Shown piece after piece: positions 1 through 11,773 of a stretch of DNA of 64,000 nt. Under the pieces are notes generated by a model. It had not been told where the DNA came from and did not search any database. It saw only the letters and a list, made by a program, of their open reading frames with translations. The stretch's first letter is position 1, and each line of letters starts with the position of its first letter. The stretch lies in contig CAUYUJ010000304.1 of NCBI GenBank assembly GCA_963575745.1, forward strand, positions 1 to 64,000, in the 5' to 3' direction. The translations under genes and the position numbers were made by a program. The stretch is from Prorocentrum cordatum (taxonomy: Eukaryota).

Positions 1-2159
1 TTCATCAAGTCTTCGGAACAGCTCCTTCCGCAGAATACGCAGCACGTGTGACTTCCCTGTGCCGGGCCCTCCGTGCAAACACCAGCGCAGCGGGTCACCC
101 ATGCCCGCGCCCCCTCGCGCCTCCCCGTCCAGCTCTTGCATTGCCCTCTCTGCTACCTGCTTCACCATTTCGAACTGTTTCGCGTTGACCGCGCGTCGGC
201 CTGTGCCCTTGTCAGCCCGATGCTCAAGTTTTCTGAGCCACTCTGCAATCTCTTCTGATGTCGCCCCTGCCTGCGCCCCCACCTTCCCAGCCCCTTCCTC
301 CCCCGCCACTCTGTCGGCCATTGATTTCTCCTTGTTGCGCGATGCCCTTGCTGCGGCCTGAACAGCTTCCAGATCACATTCGACGGCTGTGGGCCGCGCG
401 TTTCGCACCTCAATCAGCGACTTTTCGTTTGGGCGCTGGCCCCGCACCTCCCGGGCTTTGGCCATGCCTGCCTTCGAGTTCTGGCAATGTGTACAGCCAC
501 CAAGACCACCCTCCACCCCACCGGCTTCTTCTTCACAACTGCTGTCACCGTCGCCGTCGCCCCGCTTCCGACCCCCGACGCGTGACTTCAGAGCCTCGTC
601 CAGCTGGTCGAATCCAACCTCCAATTCTTCGTCGCTCACGTCCTCGTCACTCCGCGCCTCGTCACGCCCCGCATCCCTCGGACGCGCGCGATACACGCTC
701 AGGAAGTTCCCCACGTACCGCGCAGCTTCTTCCGATTGCACTCCGCCGTCCAACCGCGCAACCATGGCGGCTTCCCACGTTTTCGCGGCCCCTCGCAGTG
801 CGCCTGCGAACACCGCGCGATTGTCGGCCTCTGACAGTCGCAACGTCCACGGGCGGAAGTAAGACATTACAATTCGCGCTGACCGCTCAGCTTCTCCATT
901 TCGGCTGCGAGGCACTGGTGCCCCGAAAAAGGGTGGCGCCATAGGCCTCTTGTTCCTGACAAGAACCCACGTGTGTCGCAGGTGCCGGCATCCGTCAGTG
1001 TCCGGGTAGGCCACCCAATTGTTCCCTGCGTCGCCCTTCACCATGTAATCCACCCCAGGCACAAGCTCTTCCGACTGCCCCTGACTCCGACCATTTTCCT
1101 TTACTTTTGCTCCCCTCTCGCCGTCAAGAACGCAGGGTGCCTGTCCAGATTGGCGTCGGCGTCCCTGATACTGGGAGGGTATGACACGAGCACGGGCCTC
1201 CAATACGTAGCGAACTCGCACGGCGACAAGTGCCACAGGCCGTCCCGATTTGGACGAAGCCCGTACAACATGGCAACGTCCCTGATAGTGACTTTCCGCC
1301 GCCTTGGATTTCGCATATCCACCTCCGCGAACTGAGCCTTGCGCCCGCCAACTGTGCCGTCGGACAACCTTTCAACCGTTTCTACGTACTCGCGTCCGTA
1401 GAAACTGGCCGTCTCACAGGTCTTGATCGACTCTGCCGACGTCACATCCTTCTCCGCGGCATACGCTCGAAGATTCGCATACTCCACTTGGCCGCGAACG
1501 ATGCCTTTCCCGTAGGCGTCGCTCATGATGCGCGTCGTCATCCGCTTACCGACGTAGTTCGCGTTCTCCCCGTGCAACTGCCGACTGTGCTTCTGGATCC
1601 CTTTCGAGCACTCGCGGACTTCATGGAAGGCCATAGGCTGGCGCTTCGTGCAGCAATCGCACGCGTACCCTGCCTGGGCGTCCTGAGCCATCTGGACCAC
1701 CTTGATGGTAGCTGCGTCGTTTTGCTTTTCCGCACACCCCATGCCGCACGTGCAGCTTTCGCTGGTGACCGGGAACCTGTACGGTAGCTGCACGTCCGAA
1801 TTGAGACGCTGCGCGGCAAGCATGCATGGGTGTGTCACATGCAGGCTCTCATGGTTCAGGGGCCCATGCAAACTCCCGACGCGGTTCCGCCTGCCGGCCT
1901 TCGGCATATCCAGCTGCGACGCCAGCCCTGGGCAGATCACAGCCAGACGATCGATGACCTGCGTCGTTCGTGGGAAATCGGCCTTGCAGAGCTTCGGGTT
2001 GTCCTTCCGACGACGCGCAGGCAAGGGCACCCTCTCCCCCGTCTCTGGGTTCTCCAGATGCACGTGGTTCTGCTTCCGCTCTTGAAGGTACTGCACATCT
2101 TCGTCGAGGTACGCTCGCTCCCACGCGCGCGCCTCCTCCGCCTCTCCCAGCTGCGCCAC
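1..2159 (-). pseudogene. Helitron Rep/Pif1-helicase (RepHel) fragment; 5'-truncated, one frameshift near 1105, runs off the left edge
   Basis: ORF 1101-2159 has KQNHVH...CKADFP, NSDVQ and GYACDCCTK (Rep motif-3-like YxxxYxxK, second Tyr changed to Cys). A second minus frame, open from ~1105 to base 1 (my translation, absent from the track), gives YFRPW, NAKQ and Walker A GGPGTGKS at 49-72. Confidence 0.85.
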
Positions 2160-2189
2160 TCCCTGCCCCGAACGCTACATGGGCCCAAG

Positions 2190-2900
2190 CGGAGACAAAG
2201 AGGATGGAAGCGCGCTCCGCAGACAACGGAGACAGGCGACGCGCGCCCACGTACTAGGAAGAAGGGAGGACAGAGGGACGAGAGTCGCGCCTCGTGGGAG
2301 ACGCGCGCCTCGCAAGAGAACGGAACGAGACGCGCGGCTCACGAGTATGAGAAGAGGAACGCGCAGCTCAGACGGAAGAGACAGGAGGCGCGCGACGGAA
2401 GGAGAGGAGGGAGAACGGGGAGCCACACATTAGCGCGCCTCAGAGAAAGGAGCAGCATGACGAAATGTGAGGAAACGCGCCCCTCAACCGGACGGGAGGG
2501 GGGGGGGGGGCGCGCGACTGAAGAGTAGGAAGAGGGGGGCGCGCACCTCAAGAGGGGGAAAACAAGGAGGCGCGCGCCCCAGAGGGGGGGAGTGAAAACG
2601 CAGGCGGGAGACTCGCGCCCCAGAGAGGGAACGAGGCAGGCAGGGGGAGACGGTCGACTAAGCAAAAGGCGAGCGGAGAGCTCAAGCGTTAGGGGAAGGG
2701 CGATGCGCCCCGCCGAGGAGAGGAGGAGGGGAGGCGCGCGCCTCGAAAAGGAAGGAGGGGGGACGGAGGGGCGAGGCGCGCGCATAAGGAAGGAAGGGGG
2801 AGGAGGAAGCAGGAGTGGCGAGGCGCGCCCCATCGGAGGCGGGGGCGGACGAAGACGCGCGCCTCAGAGCAGGAAAAAGGACGCCCCCCCCCGTCATCCT
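2190..2900. repeat. Purine-rich array punctuated by GCGCGC-type cores roughly every 30-45 bp
   Basis: About 20 cores (e.g. 2210, 2240, 2302, 2388, 2433, 2510, 2570, 2735, 2777, 2857) separated by variable A/G-rich spacers. Confidence 0.6.
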
Positions 2901-3620
2901 CTGCAAAAAGTCATGCGCACGCTCGTTTATCAAATCTCATCATCTCATCATACTAAATGCACGTGCGCGCATTGTCGCGCGGGCATGTTGGAATCTTTCA
3001 AAAACATGAGGTGTCGTGAGGATTTCAAAATCGAGTGCCCCGCAAACAGATGTTAAAAACACGCATGGTTTCGCACGGCTGGGTTTCTAAAAAGCTTGCG
3101 CGCGCTCTTGCGACTCATTCTTAAAGAAAACCATAAGTTGTTCAACATTGTCATAACATGCTACCAAACGGACTTCGCGCGCACGTCGCAATCGTTCGAA
3201 CGCCCTTGCGCGCGTGCTGTCGCGAGAATCCCTTGCATCAAATGAAACGAAGTGCACGCGCGCGCTTCGTCGCGCGCGCATGCCAGAATCCGAAAATGAT
3301 GAGCGGTCGGACAACAACTGGCAACCTCCAAAAACTCTTGGGAAGCCAACGCTGACCTCTCATGGCGTCTCCCAACGTACCTCCGCCAATTTCCGCCGAG
3401 CTTCCACCAGCGGCACCGGCCTCGTTATACGTGCGTTGGCTTTCGCCGAGGGCGAGAGGTTTACCCTGCGAGTCCACATTTGTTTTACCCTCGGGGGGCT
3501 CAGGAGGCCTAGGAGTCCACGGGCCAGGCAAATGAGGCAACCTCACCCCAGCAGCAGCTCAGGAGCAGGCCCGCAGCCGTTGCTGACGAGAGCAACAGCA
3601 AGGCGTCAAAATCAAAACAG

Positions 3621-4745
3621 TCACCCAGAGGCCATGTTAATCGCAAGCTGGATGGCACGGCGCTTGCGGCAAAGGCCTCTGAGGCGTCCTTCAAAGATCC
3701 GTCTAGGCAACACTCTCACACCTCTCCTCCAGGAGTTGTGGGTAAAGTAAAAGGCCTCGCGCATCGCAGCACATCGGAGATCCGTTTCAGGGCTGAGGCG
3801 TGGTGTCAAAACAAGGAGGTCTGAGAACCAGTCAGCCCCGTGAGGGGGTAGCTCATCACGAACCCAAAGTCCCAGAATCCCGGGTAATATCGGACATATC
3901 CCGTAATGTCGTAAACAATCCGTAATGCCCGTCCCACAGCACCCAAACATACAATACCTCTCCGCAGACCTGAAACGGGTAGCCGCGCAACGCCCACGGC
4001 AAGCGATCCGCACCTGAGACAAAACAAGATGCGTGCGCGCCTAACCCTTTGGAGCCGCAGCAACATGTTAGAGATGCAAGAAGGGTCAACTTCGGGGACC
4101 CACCGATCAAGCCTGGCCTTCAGGATCTCGGAGGCACTGCGACCAGGACGACGACACATGCGCTGAAGGGAAGAGTAGAGCTTACGTTGGATAGCCTTCC
4201 GAGGCGTCGTCGGAGGGAGCGTAAGGAGGATAGAGAGGATAATACCACGTGCCGCTGCCGTCTGAGTAGTGATACAAGTCGTATTCCAACCGGTGTGTAA
4301 ACGAGCAATGCAACAGTCATCAGAGCGGCCAAAGGCACGAAGAGTTCCCAATTTGTGGCAAAAGACGGGACAGTGTTCGGCACACCTCGCACGCGCTGCA
4401 ATGCTGATACGAGGGAGATGCTTCAGACTGGTACCCCCGCCGCACACACTCAGGTTCTCGAGTAGTTCCGTCGGCAACGCATTCCACGGCCCGTTCGTTA
4501 ACACCTGCGCACACCGACGACAGGCATCAAGCAAGGCACGAGACGGAACATAGAACTGCAGCACATACTGCAACAAGGAAAGACAAAGCACATGGAACGT
4601 CCTCAAACTCAGCGCCAAGCCTAATCCCGCACGCCGCACATCCATATTACGGTCCAGCAGGCGCGGGATCAGCTCATCCCACGCATTGGCAGCACCATCG
4701 GGACCGATCATCACCCCCAGATAGTTGGTAACATTTGTAATACTA
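3621..4745 (-). pseudogene. 5'-truncated non-LTR retrotransposon (LINE) ORF2 C-terminal part
   Basis: YLGVMIGP (RT domain-7-like), thumb region, then after a frameshift the C-terminal Cys/His knuckle CMFGC...DCLRHYGIC. Confidence 0.8.
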
Positions 4746-6122
4746 AGTTGACTGTACTGTGGGCCCAAGGAACCCTGCGAGTCCACATATTGGATCGATA
4801 CACATCTCAGTGGCGCACGGCGGATCGGACCGAAACTGTAATCCAAGGGTCAGATCGGCCAGGAACCGAAGCTCCTAAGTTGGCCAAGCCTCTCAGGGGC
4901 CACTGGCGGAAGCCCATGGAAGGCCTGGCCAAGCTTGGTGCTCGCATATCACTGACCCCTCCCGCGAACTTCACGCGACGCCCCATGACTTCCGAACCCG
5001 CCGGCCTTGAATGCGATGTGATATCATTCCTTTTTTCCGCAAAGGCAAGGCGAGGTGCAGTAGCAACAGTGGAAATCCGCCCACCCCTTTGGGTGACTAG
5101 TATGTGAAATCAACAGGCAACCGGCCTCATGCAATGCCCAGCTACCCTCGCCCATTTGACAAGTGGCCCCGATTGACAGATTTGCCACTGGCAACACGGA
5201 GGGTTCCAGTCTCCCCAAGTGCCCATTGAAAAGTGACACAAATTGTCGAAGTGGTCATCGGCGACAGCATTGACAGGACATTTCTGAGCCCAGAAATGGG
5301 AGGTCTCGGGCGAAATTGGTTGAACCACCTCAGGTCTGGGCATCCCCGAAAGAACAATCCCGACGATGTCTCAGGCGAAAAAGACTGGGACCGCGTGAGG
5401 TGAGGACATAAGACGTACATAAACCCGGAGTGGCAATGATATCTCAAGCGAAACGAACAGTCCACGGCAACTGCAAACCGAGAGCAGCGAGGAAACGGGA
5501 ACTGATAGTTACCGTGCGGCCTGAGCATCGACTGATCCAGAATAGCGAGGATGCACCGGGCGAAGATTGCTCTGCGAGGATGTCTCAAGCCAAAAAAGCT
5601 GGACCACCTCAGGACAGCGGCGAAGAAGTCGAAGCGAAATGGGCTGGACTATCTCTCGCGCGGCATCTCGAAACCCACAACTGCAGGGATGTCTCGAGAC
5701 CGGCCGGACCGCCTCACAGGCGGAATCTCAGGGCCCAAATTAACGATGATGGCTTCGCCGGAACCGACCCGAACAACTCCTCGCATGGGGTCTCCGCACT
5801 CAAAAAACCCACCCGTCTTCTGGGCAGGAGATGGTCAATCGCGGTTCCTTGTCTAACCCCATTGTTCCCCTTCGGGGATGGGGTCGTTGCTGCTCCTGGA
5901 TAATATTTGCCACCTCGCCCAATCTACCGACCGCTAACCTGAGTCTCTGCCACCTCCCTCGATTCAAACCAACAAATTGGAATACCCCCAGGCGGCTCCC
6001 CCATTGGAGCTCGGAAATGCGATGCGACCTGTCGGGACGATGATCATCGGATTACCATGGTTTTGTAGATCCGCCACCGTGCCTCTGGGCACGGAGTGGG
6101 CGTGCCCTGAGGTCCTTGCCAA

Positions 6123-6990
6123 AATCATCACGCCTGAGGAGTCGTTCAAGAGCCCCAGGCCCCGCGTCGCGACGTCTTCTCCTGGGGCTTCTCGCGGTTT
6201 CCCGCGCGACCGTTTCGGAGCGATGGGGGCTCCAGAACGGGCCCAACAGAGCCCAAAAAGGCCCACGACGGCCCAGAACGCCCCGAGCCGCCCAAAGATC
6301 GTTCCAAGACGCCTTGAATGGCCTCAAGATGGCCCAGGAGGCCTCCAAGATGCCCCAAGAGGCCTCGAAGATGCCTCCCAAGAGGACCCTGAGAGGCAAC
6401 AACCATTGATTTGTATTCGTTGTTTCAAAATTTTGGGCGTTCTCGCCGCGCTTCCTTCCCGACGCTCTCAGACGGCCCTCGAGGCCCCCAATGCCACCCC
6501 AGGACTGTCCAAGCGGCCTCCAAGATGGCCCCAATAGTGGCCCGAGAGAGGGAACACGAACCCACAATCCGAGCGTTCCGCCCCAGGAGGCCCCCAGGAG
6601 GCCCCAGGAGGCACTCAAGAGGCCCCAAGAGGCTCCAAGAGGCACCCAGGGGACCCAACAGCGACCCCAAGAGGCTCCAAAGCTGCCCCCAAGAGGCCTC
6701 AAAACTGCATCCAATCCAAGAGGCCCCCTAAAGGTCACCCTCGAAATCTCGCCGAACATCCAATAGGCTTCACACCCGCAACCCAGGCGCAGTGGCGAGA
6801 TGGGCCGATGGCTATTCGATAGAGAGGAGCCCGAGGTGCAATAGAGAATCAAGAGTCCAGGGGGCGAGGCTCAAGCCTGGATGTCTCACCTGAACCCTTC
6901 CTACCGTGCTCGGAAAGGCAGCCCGACAACAAACGAATTAAATATACGTCGCTCAATTAGGGTCGGCGGCAGAGGCGGCAGCCTTTCGAT
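6123..6990 (+). repeat. Intact ~870-bp copy of the CCAAGAGG-rich dispersed repeat; empty-site paralogue of the retrotransposon insertion
   Basis: Colinear with 10825-11106 joined to 18378-18982, from AATCATCACGCCTGAGGAGTCG to GGCGGCAGCCTTTCGAT. Confidence 0.9.
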
Positions 6991-7013
6991 CTCTATATAT
7001 ATATATATATATG

Positions 7014-7053
7014 CTAGAACCACGCGCGCGCTTCGCGCGCCCTTAGGTTCTAG
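7014..7053 (-). mobile_element. Helitron-like 3' terminus (GC hairpin followed by CTAG) abutting a (TA)n tract
   Basis: Minus strand reads GCGCGCG-AAG-CGCGCGC-GTGGTT-CTAG and then TA repeats. Related motifs occur at 30231 and 44365. Confidence 0.6.
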
Positions 7054-7199
7054 CTGCTCGAGTGCTGACCGCATTGAGACCAGCAAGGCAATCATGAATA
7101 ATAAGATCAACATTATCTGTTTCCTCCGGCCTCTTCCTCATTCCTCCTCCTCCTCCGCTCTCATCGACCGGCCGACCGGTGATATGTCGCCAAGCTACG

Positions 7200-7860
7200 G
7201 GACAGGAGCAGTACAGCGCTACAGCGCCATGTTGCACTATGCTATGGAATGCCATGATACACCATGCTACGCTATACGCGCAATGGCACGATGCAGTATG
7301 CAATGCAATAAGATGATATACTCTACAATGCGCATTGCATGCCATGCCATTCTGTACTGTATGCTATGATAGTATACGGGACGATGCGCTGAACCATGTC
7401 ATGCCATGTTTCCTATGAAGAAAGATGCTACCGCGTTACGTGGTATGCACAAACACGGCATGCTAGGCGATGCAATGCAATGCAATGCTATGCCATGTTA
7501 TGAGCTGCTGGGTTCGAATAAACAGGGCGACAGTAAGAACAACAACGAAGGTGCGACATTCGCATGATTTCTGTTTAATGCTGCGCAGAGCGGTACAGTG
7601 CTGTTCGATTGATTTATGTGCATTGGGATGCCACAGTACGCCATGATGTGTCATGATATGCAATGCCATGCTAGGCAATGTTACGTCATGACGTGCAATG
7701 CTAGGCTCAGCTAGACACTGTTATGGAATACAATGATCTGGCATGCAAGACCATACTGTGATATGCGCTGACAAGGTTAGGTATACCGTGCTGTGCCATG
7801 CCATGCCATGTATTGCAACGCTGCGATGCCACGATAGGCTAGGCGATCCTTTGCTGTGCA
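7200..7860. repeat. Degenerate pentamer satellite (ATGCA/ATGCC/ATGCT)
   Basis: Visible 5-bp periodicity, e.g. GCAATGCAATGCAATGCTATGCCATG at ~7473. Confidence 0.7.
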
Positions 7861-9050
7861 CCGGTATGTTTGGGAGGCCTCTTGGGGGCCGTTTGGGGTG
7901 CCCTTCAGGTCTCTTTTTGGGCCTTGGGCGATGGGAGCTCAATTCGCCCGCCTCGGCCTAGCCCCCCCCCGATTGCTCATTTGAATGTGGTCCCCAACGG
8001 TCACACGGGCAATCGGAACTCAATTCCCGCGACTCTCCCCACCCACTCCGATTGACAATGTGCCCCACCAGACACATTGGCAATGGGAGCTCAACTCCCG
8101 CGCCTCGGCCTGCCTCCCCGATGGTCCATGTGACAGTGGGCCCCTGCTGTCAAATCGATAATCGGACTTCCTTGGCCGCCAAGACGTGGCCCCCAAACGA
8201 GCTATCTGACAATGGGGCCCCACTGCCGAATGCGCTAACCACCTCCTTCTCCCCGCCTTGGCTGGGCCTGCACGTTTGCCAGTGGAATGGCTGCCCATTT
8301 GGCAATCCGGCCCCCGGAGCTACATACATGCTGCAAAGGCCTTATGGAAGACCACCGAAGAGCCGCGCGAGAGCATCCTACTGACCCCATAGCGAGCTTC
8401 GTAACAACAGGGGCACCAACGGGGGCACCTGACTAACAGACCATGGAACATCAAATTTGACAACTTACGTTTTCGGCCCAATGTTTGCGCCATCCAGAGC
8501 GTCTCCATTGCAATTTCCACCGCTTCTGTGGGTGCGCGACCATCTCATCTGCATCGATCGCAAAATCGTCGCGACAGGGTTGGCACCCAAACCCCAAATT
8601 CGAAACAACTGGATGCAAACAGCGAGCCGTGAACCTGGTCACCGCCGGAAGCCTCGTAGAGTTCCTCGCGCGCGTTGTTTCTGGTGGCCACAGGTCTTCG
8701 CTCCACCGAATGCCTCACTGGCAAAGTGCTGCATAGCGTCTCTCCGCCCATTCGGGGGCACCCCTCGCCTGAAACATTCCGTGGTCCCGCGGGTAGCTGG
8801 CTGGTCTGATTAGCGTCAGCATTTAAAGTTCTTGTCCATCGAAGCATAATAAGGCGCTGGGGCATAAGCACTTTTCGTTTCACGCGGCTAAGAATACAGC
8901 GTTTGCATATGTTTTGTTACTTCAAGGACTTCACGACGAGCTCAATGGAAGTCGCGGAAGAGTCTTCTGGGAGCCCGCTTGGGTCAGTCTTGAGATCCTC
9001 TGGGGCGTCTTGGGGCCTTGCCCCGTCTTCGGCCTCTGCGAAAACTCCCT

Positions 9051-10460
9051 TGAGCCCTGTTTGGAAGCGTCTTTGGGCTGTCCTGGTCTGTCGTGAGTCT
9101 CTTTTGGGACCATCTTGGGGTCCTTTCGGGGGCATCTGAGTCCCGCGCAGCCCTCTTGGATTCATCCTGAGCGGAAAGAAATGACACAATGACTACTAAT
9201 AAGACTGCCGCATGGTTTGACTGATGGTGGTCACCTGGATATCCTCGTGGAACCCTGGGGCTATCTTGGATGCATCCTGGGGCCCTCTCGGGCTGCCCGT
9301 AGGCCCTCTTAGGCGACGTTGGCAACGCCATGTTTTTATTTTGTATCAATTAAAACCTTTTTATGTGGAGCAACATCCTACGATTTCTCGCCCCACCTCA
9401 AAGAACACTACCCTCCTCGTTCCAGCATCCCCACCTCGAGGAACCGCTGTTCTCGAGACCTCCTACTGCACGATGTTTCACCCAAGACCGACCGACACCC
9501 CCCTCCTGGCCCAGTTCCTCGCCGCCCCCTTCGCCCCCCTCTTCGGGGGGGTTAAGAGATGCGGAAGACAGCATGAGAAGCAAGAGGAGGGAAGGACGAG
9601 GAGCATTATACCGAGGAGGTGAGGACGAGGAGCAGCACGAAGAGGAATATCCGAAAAGGGCGATGATGAAAAGCAGCAGGGGGAAGGACGAGGAGGGCTA
9701 GGTGGAACACGTAGAGCAGCATGAGAAGAATGAGTAACGGGATAGGGAATGGCGTGAGCCCTGTTTGGAAGCGTCTTTGGGCTGTCCTGGTCTGTCGTGA
9801 GGCTCTTTTGGGACCATCTTGGGGTCCTTTCGGGGGCATCTGAGTCCCGCGCAGCCCTCTTGGATTCATCCTGAGCGGAAAGAAATGACACAATGACTAC
9901 TAATAAGACTGCCGCATGGTTTGACTGATGGTGGTCGCCTGGATATCCTCGTGGAACCCTGGGGCCATCTTGGATGCATCCTGGGGCCCTCTCGGGCTGC
10001 CCGTAGGCCCTCTTAGGCGACGTTGGCAACGCCATGGTTTTTGTTATCCATTAAAACTTTTTTATGTGGAGCAACATCCTACGATTTCTCGCCCCACCTC
10101 AAAGAACACTACCCTCCTCGTTCCAGCATCCCCACCTCGAGGAACCGCTGTTCTCGAGACCTCCTACTGCACGATGTTTCACCCAAGACCGACCGACACC
10201 CCCCTCCTGGCCCAGTTCCTCGCCGCCCCCTTCGCCCCCCTCTTCGGGGGGGTTAAGAGATGCGGAAGACAGCATGAGAAGCAAGAGGAGGGAAGGACGA
10301 GGAGCATTATACCGAGGAGGTGAGGACGAGGAGCAGCACGAAGAGGAATATCCGAAAAGGGCGATGATGAAAAGCAGCAGGGGGAAGGACGAGGAGGGCT
10401 AGGTGGAACACGTAGAGCAGCATGAGAAGAATGAGTAACGGGATAGGGAATGGCGTGAGC
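9051..10460. repeat. Tandem duplication of a ~704-bp unit
   Basis: 9051-9754 and 9755-10455 are near-identical. TGAGC lies at all three boundaries (9051, 9755, 10456). Confidence 0.95.
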
Positions 10461-10824
10461 AGGAAAACCGGAGGAAAAAGAGAAGGATAGACGAGGATGT
10501 TCCTTATTCCTTCCCCCTCTTCACCCTGGGTTTAACACTCGGGTAGTTCTGATGTGAGCCTGCAGTCTCGTATAGCAGCCGAGTGAAGCCGCTGGGAGCC
10601 GACAGCAACAAATAGCACCCGATGTCAGCAAATAGGACCGGATATTGGCCGCCAAGGGCAGCGCCCACCGTGGTGTAAGCTATGTCCACGGTGGTGAAAA
10701 CTCAAAGCGAATCCAGCCCTAACAACGAGGGCCCCGGAGTGGTGCTCTGAATGCAGAGGAGTCGGGGATGCCAATCGAGCGCGTCGTACAGGCCTTAGGT
10801 CTTTGCCATCATCTTCTCAACCTC

Positions 10825-11106
10825 AATCATCACGCCTGAGGAGTCGTTTAGAGCCCCAGACCCCACATCGCGACATCTTCTCCTGGGGCTTCTTGCGGTT
10901 TCTCGCGTGACCGTTTCGGAGCGATGGGGTCCCCCAAACGGGCCCAACAGGGCTCAAAGAGGCCCAGAACGCCCCGAGACGGCCAAAGATCGCTCCAAGA
11001 CGCCCTAAATGGCCGCCTCAAGATGGCCCAAGAGGCCTCCAAGATGCCCCAAGAGACCTCGAAGATGCCTCCCAAGAGGACCCTGAAAAGGCAAAAATCA
11101 TTGATT
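10825..11106 (+). repeat. Left half of the dispersed repeat interrupted by the YR retrotransposon
   Basis: Aligns with 6123-6411. Confidence 0.9.
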
Positions 11107-11312
11107 TTCCTGTCTTACGGCAGGGCCACCCCCTACGGGGTCGCGGAAACATGCGACAGCACTCTGGATTCCATCTTTCGCTCTTTTTCAGACGGCAACA
11201 AGAAGGCAAGCGCCGTGGTGACATCCACTGATGATTCTCAAGAAGAAATGGCCGCAAGGCCAGCGTGCAATTCAAAATCGCACCTCCAGAGAGCCACAAC
11301 ACCAAGTGTCCA
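11107..11312 (-). repeat. Split direct repeat B2 (3' terminus, 206 bp)
   Basis: Matches 11447-11652 with 2 mismatches (11216/11556, 11229/11569). Confidence 0.95.
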
Positions 11313-11334
11313 AGTGTGTGGGGGAGGCGGGCGG

Positions 11335-11446
11335 GAGCTTTAAGCCAGAACGGTTTCGGCGAGACAGAGAGCGCAGGCGGAGCGGTCGTGCGCTCAGAAA
11401 CTGTCGAGGCCCTTCAATCACAGGAAAACCAGTCAGAGACAAATCA
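11335..11446 (-). repeat. Split direct repeat A2 (112 bp)
   Basis: Identical to 18265-18376. Confidence 0.95.
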
Positions 11447-11652
11447 TTCCTGTCTTACGGCAGGGCCACCCCCTACGGGGTCGCGGAAACATGCGACAGC
11501 ACTCTGGATTCCATCTTTCGCTCTTTTTCAGACGGCAACAAGAAGGCAAGCGCCGCGGTGACATCCACGGATGATTCTCAAGAAGAAATGGCCGCAAGGC
11601 CAGCGTGCAATTCAAAATCGCACCTCCAGAGAGCCACAACACCAAGTGTCCA
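11447..11652 (-). repeat. Split direct repeat B1 (206 bp)
   Basis: Directly abuts A2, reproducing the end-to-start (circle) junction AAATCA-T-TCCTG. Confidence 0.95.
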
Positions 11653-11773
11653 GTCCCATCCCCATGCAAAATGCCCTAGGGAGAGCGGGCGGGAAATAGA
11701 AGAACAACCTAGTGGCGTCGAGCGCCAGCCGAGGCAAGATGGACGAAATCGGCGCCAATAGCAAGCAACGCGG

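Noticed and set aside
2190..2900. CRISPR-like repeat/spacer array
   Set aside because: Cores are only ~6-8 bp and variable, spacers are low-complexity, there are no cas genes, and the context is eukaryotic.
6755..6990. Structured ncRNA (tRNA/snRNA/5S)
   Set aside because: Only small hairpins are present, with no recognisable RNA-gene motifs. It is the end of a dispersed repeat also found at 18750-18982.
10504..10820. Possible exon or small gene
   Set aside because: No recognisable motif, convincing splice pair or codon bias.
11107..11652. Conventional LTRs or a simple tandem duplication
   Set aside because: The B-A-B order with a distant A copy, the lack of a TSD and a YR instead of a DDE integrase fit split direct repeats.
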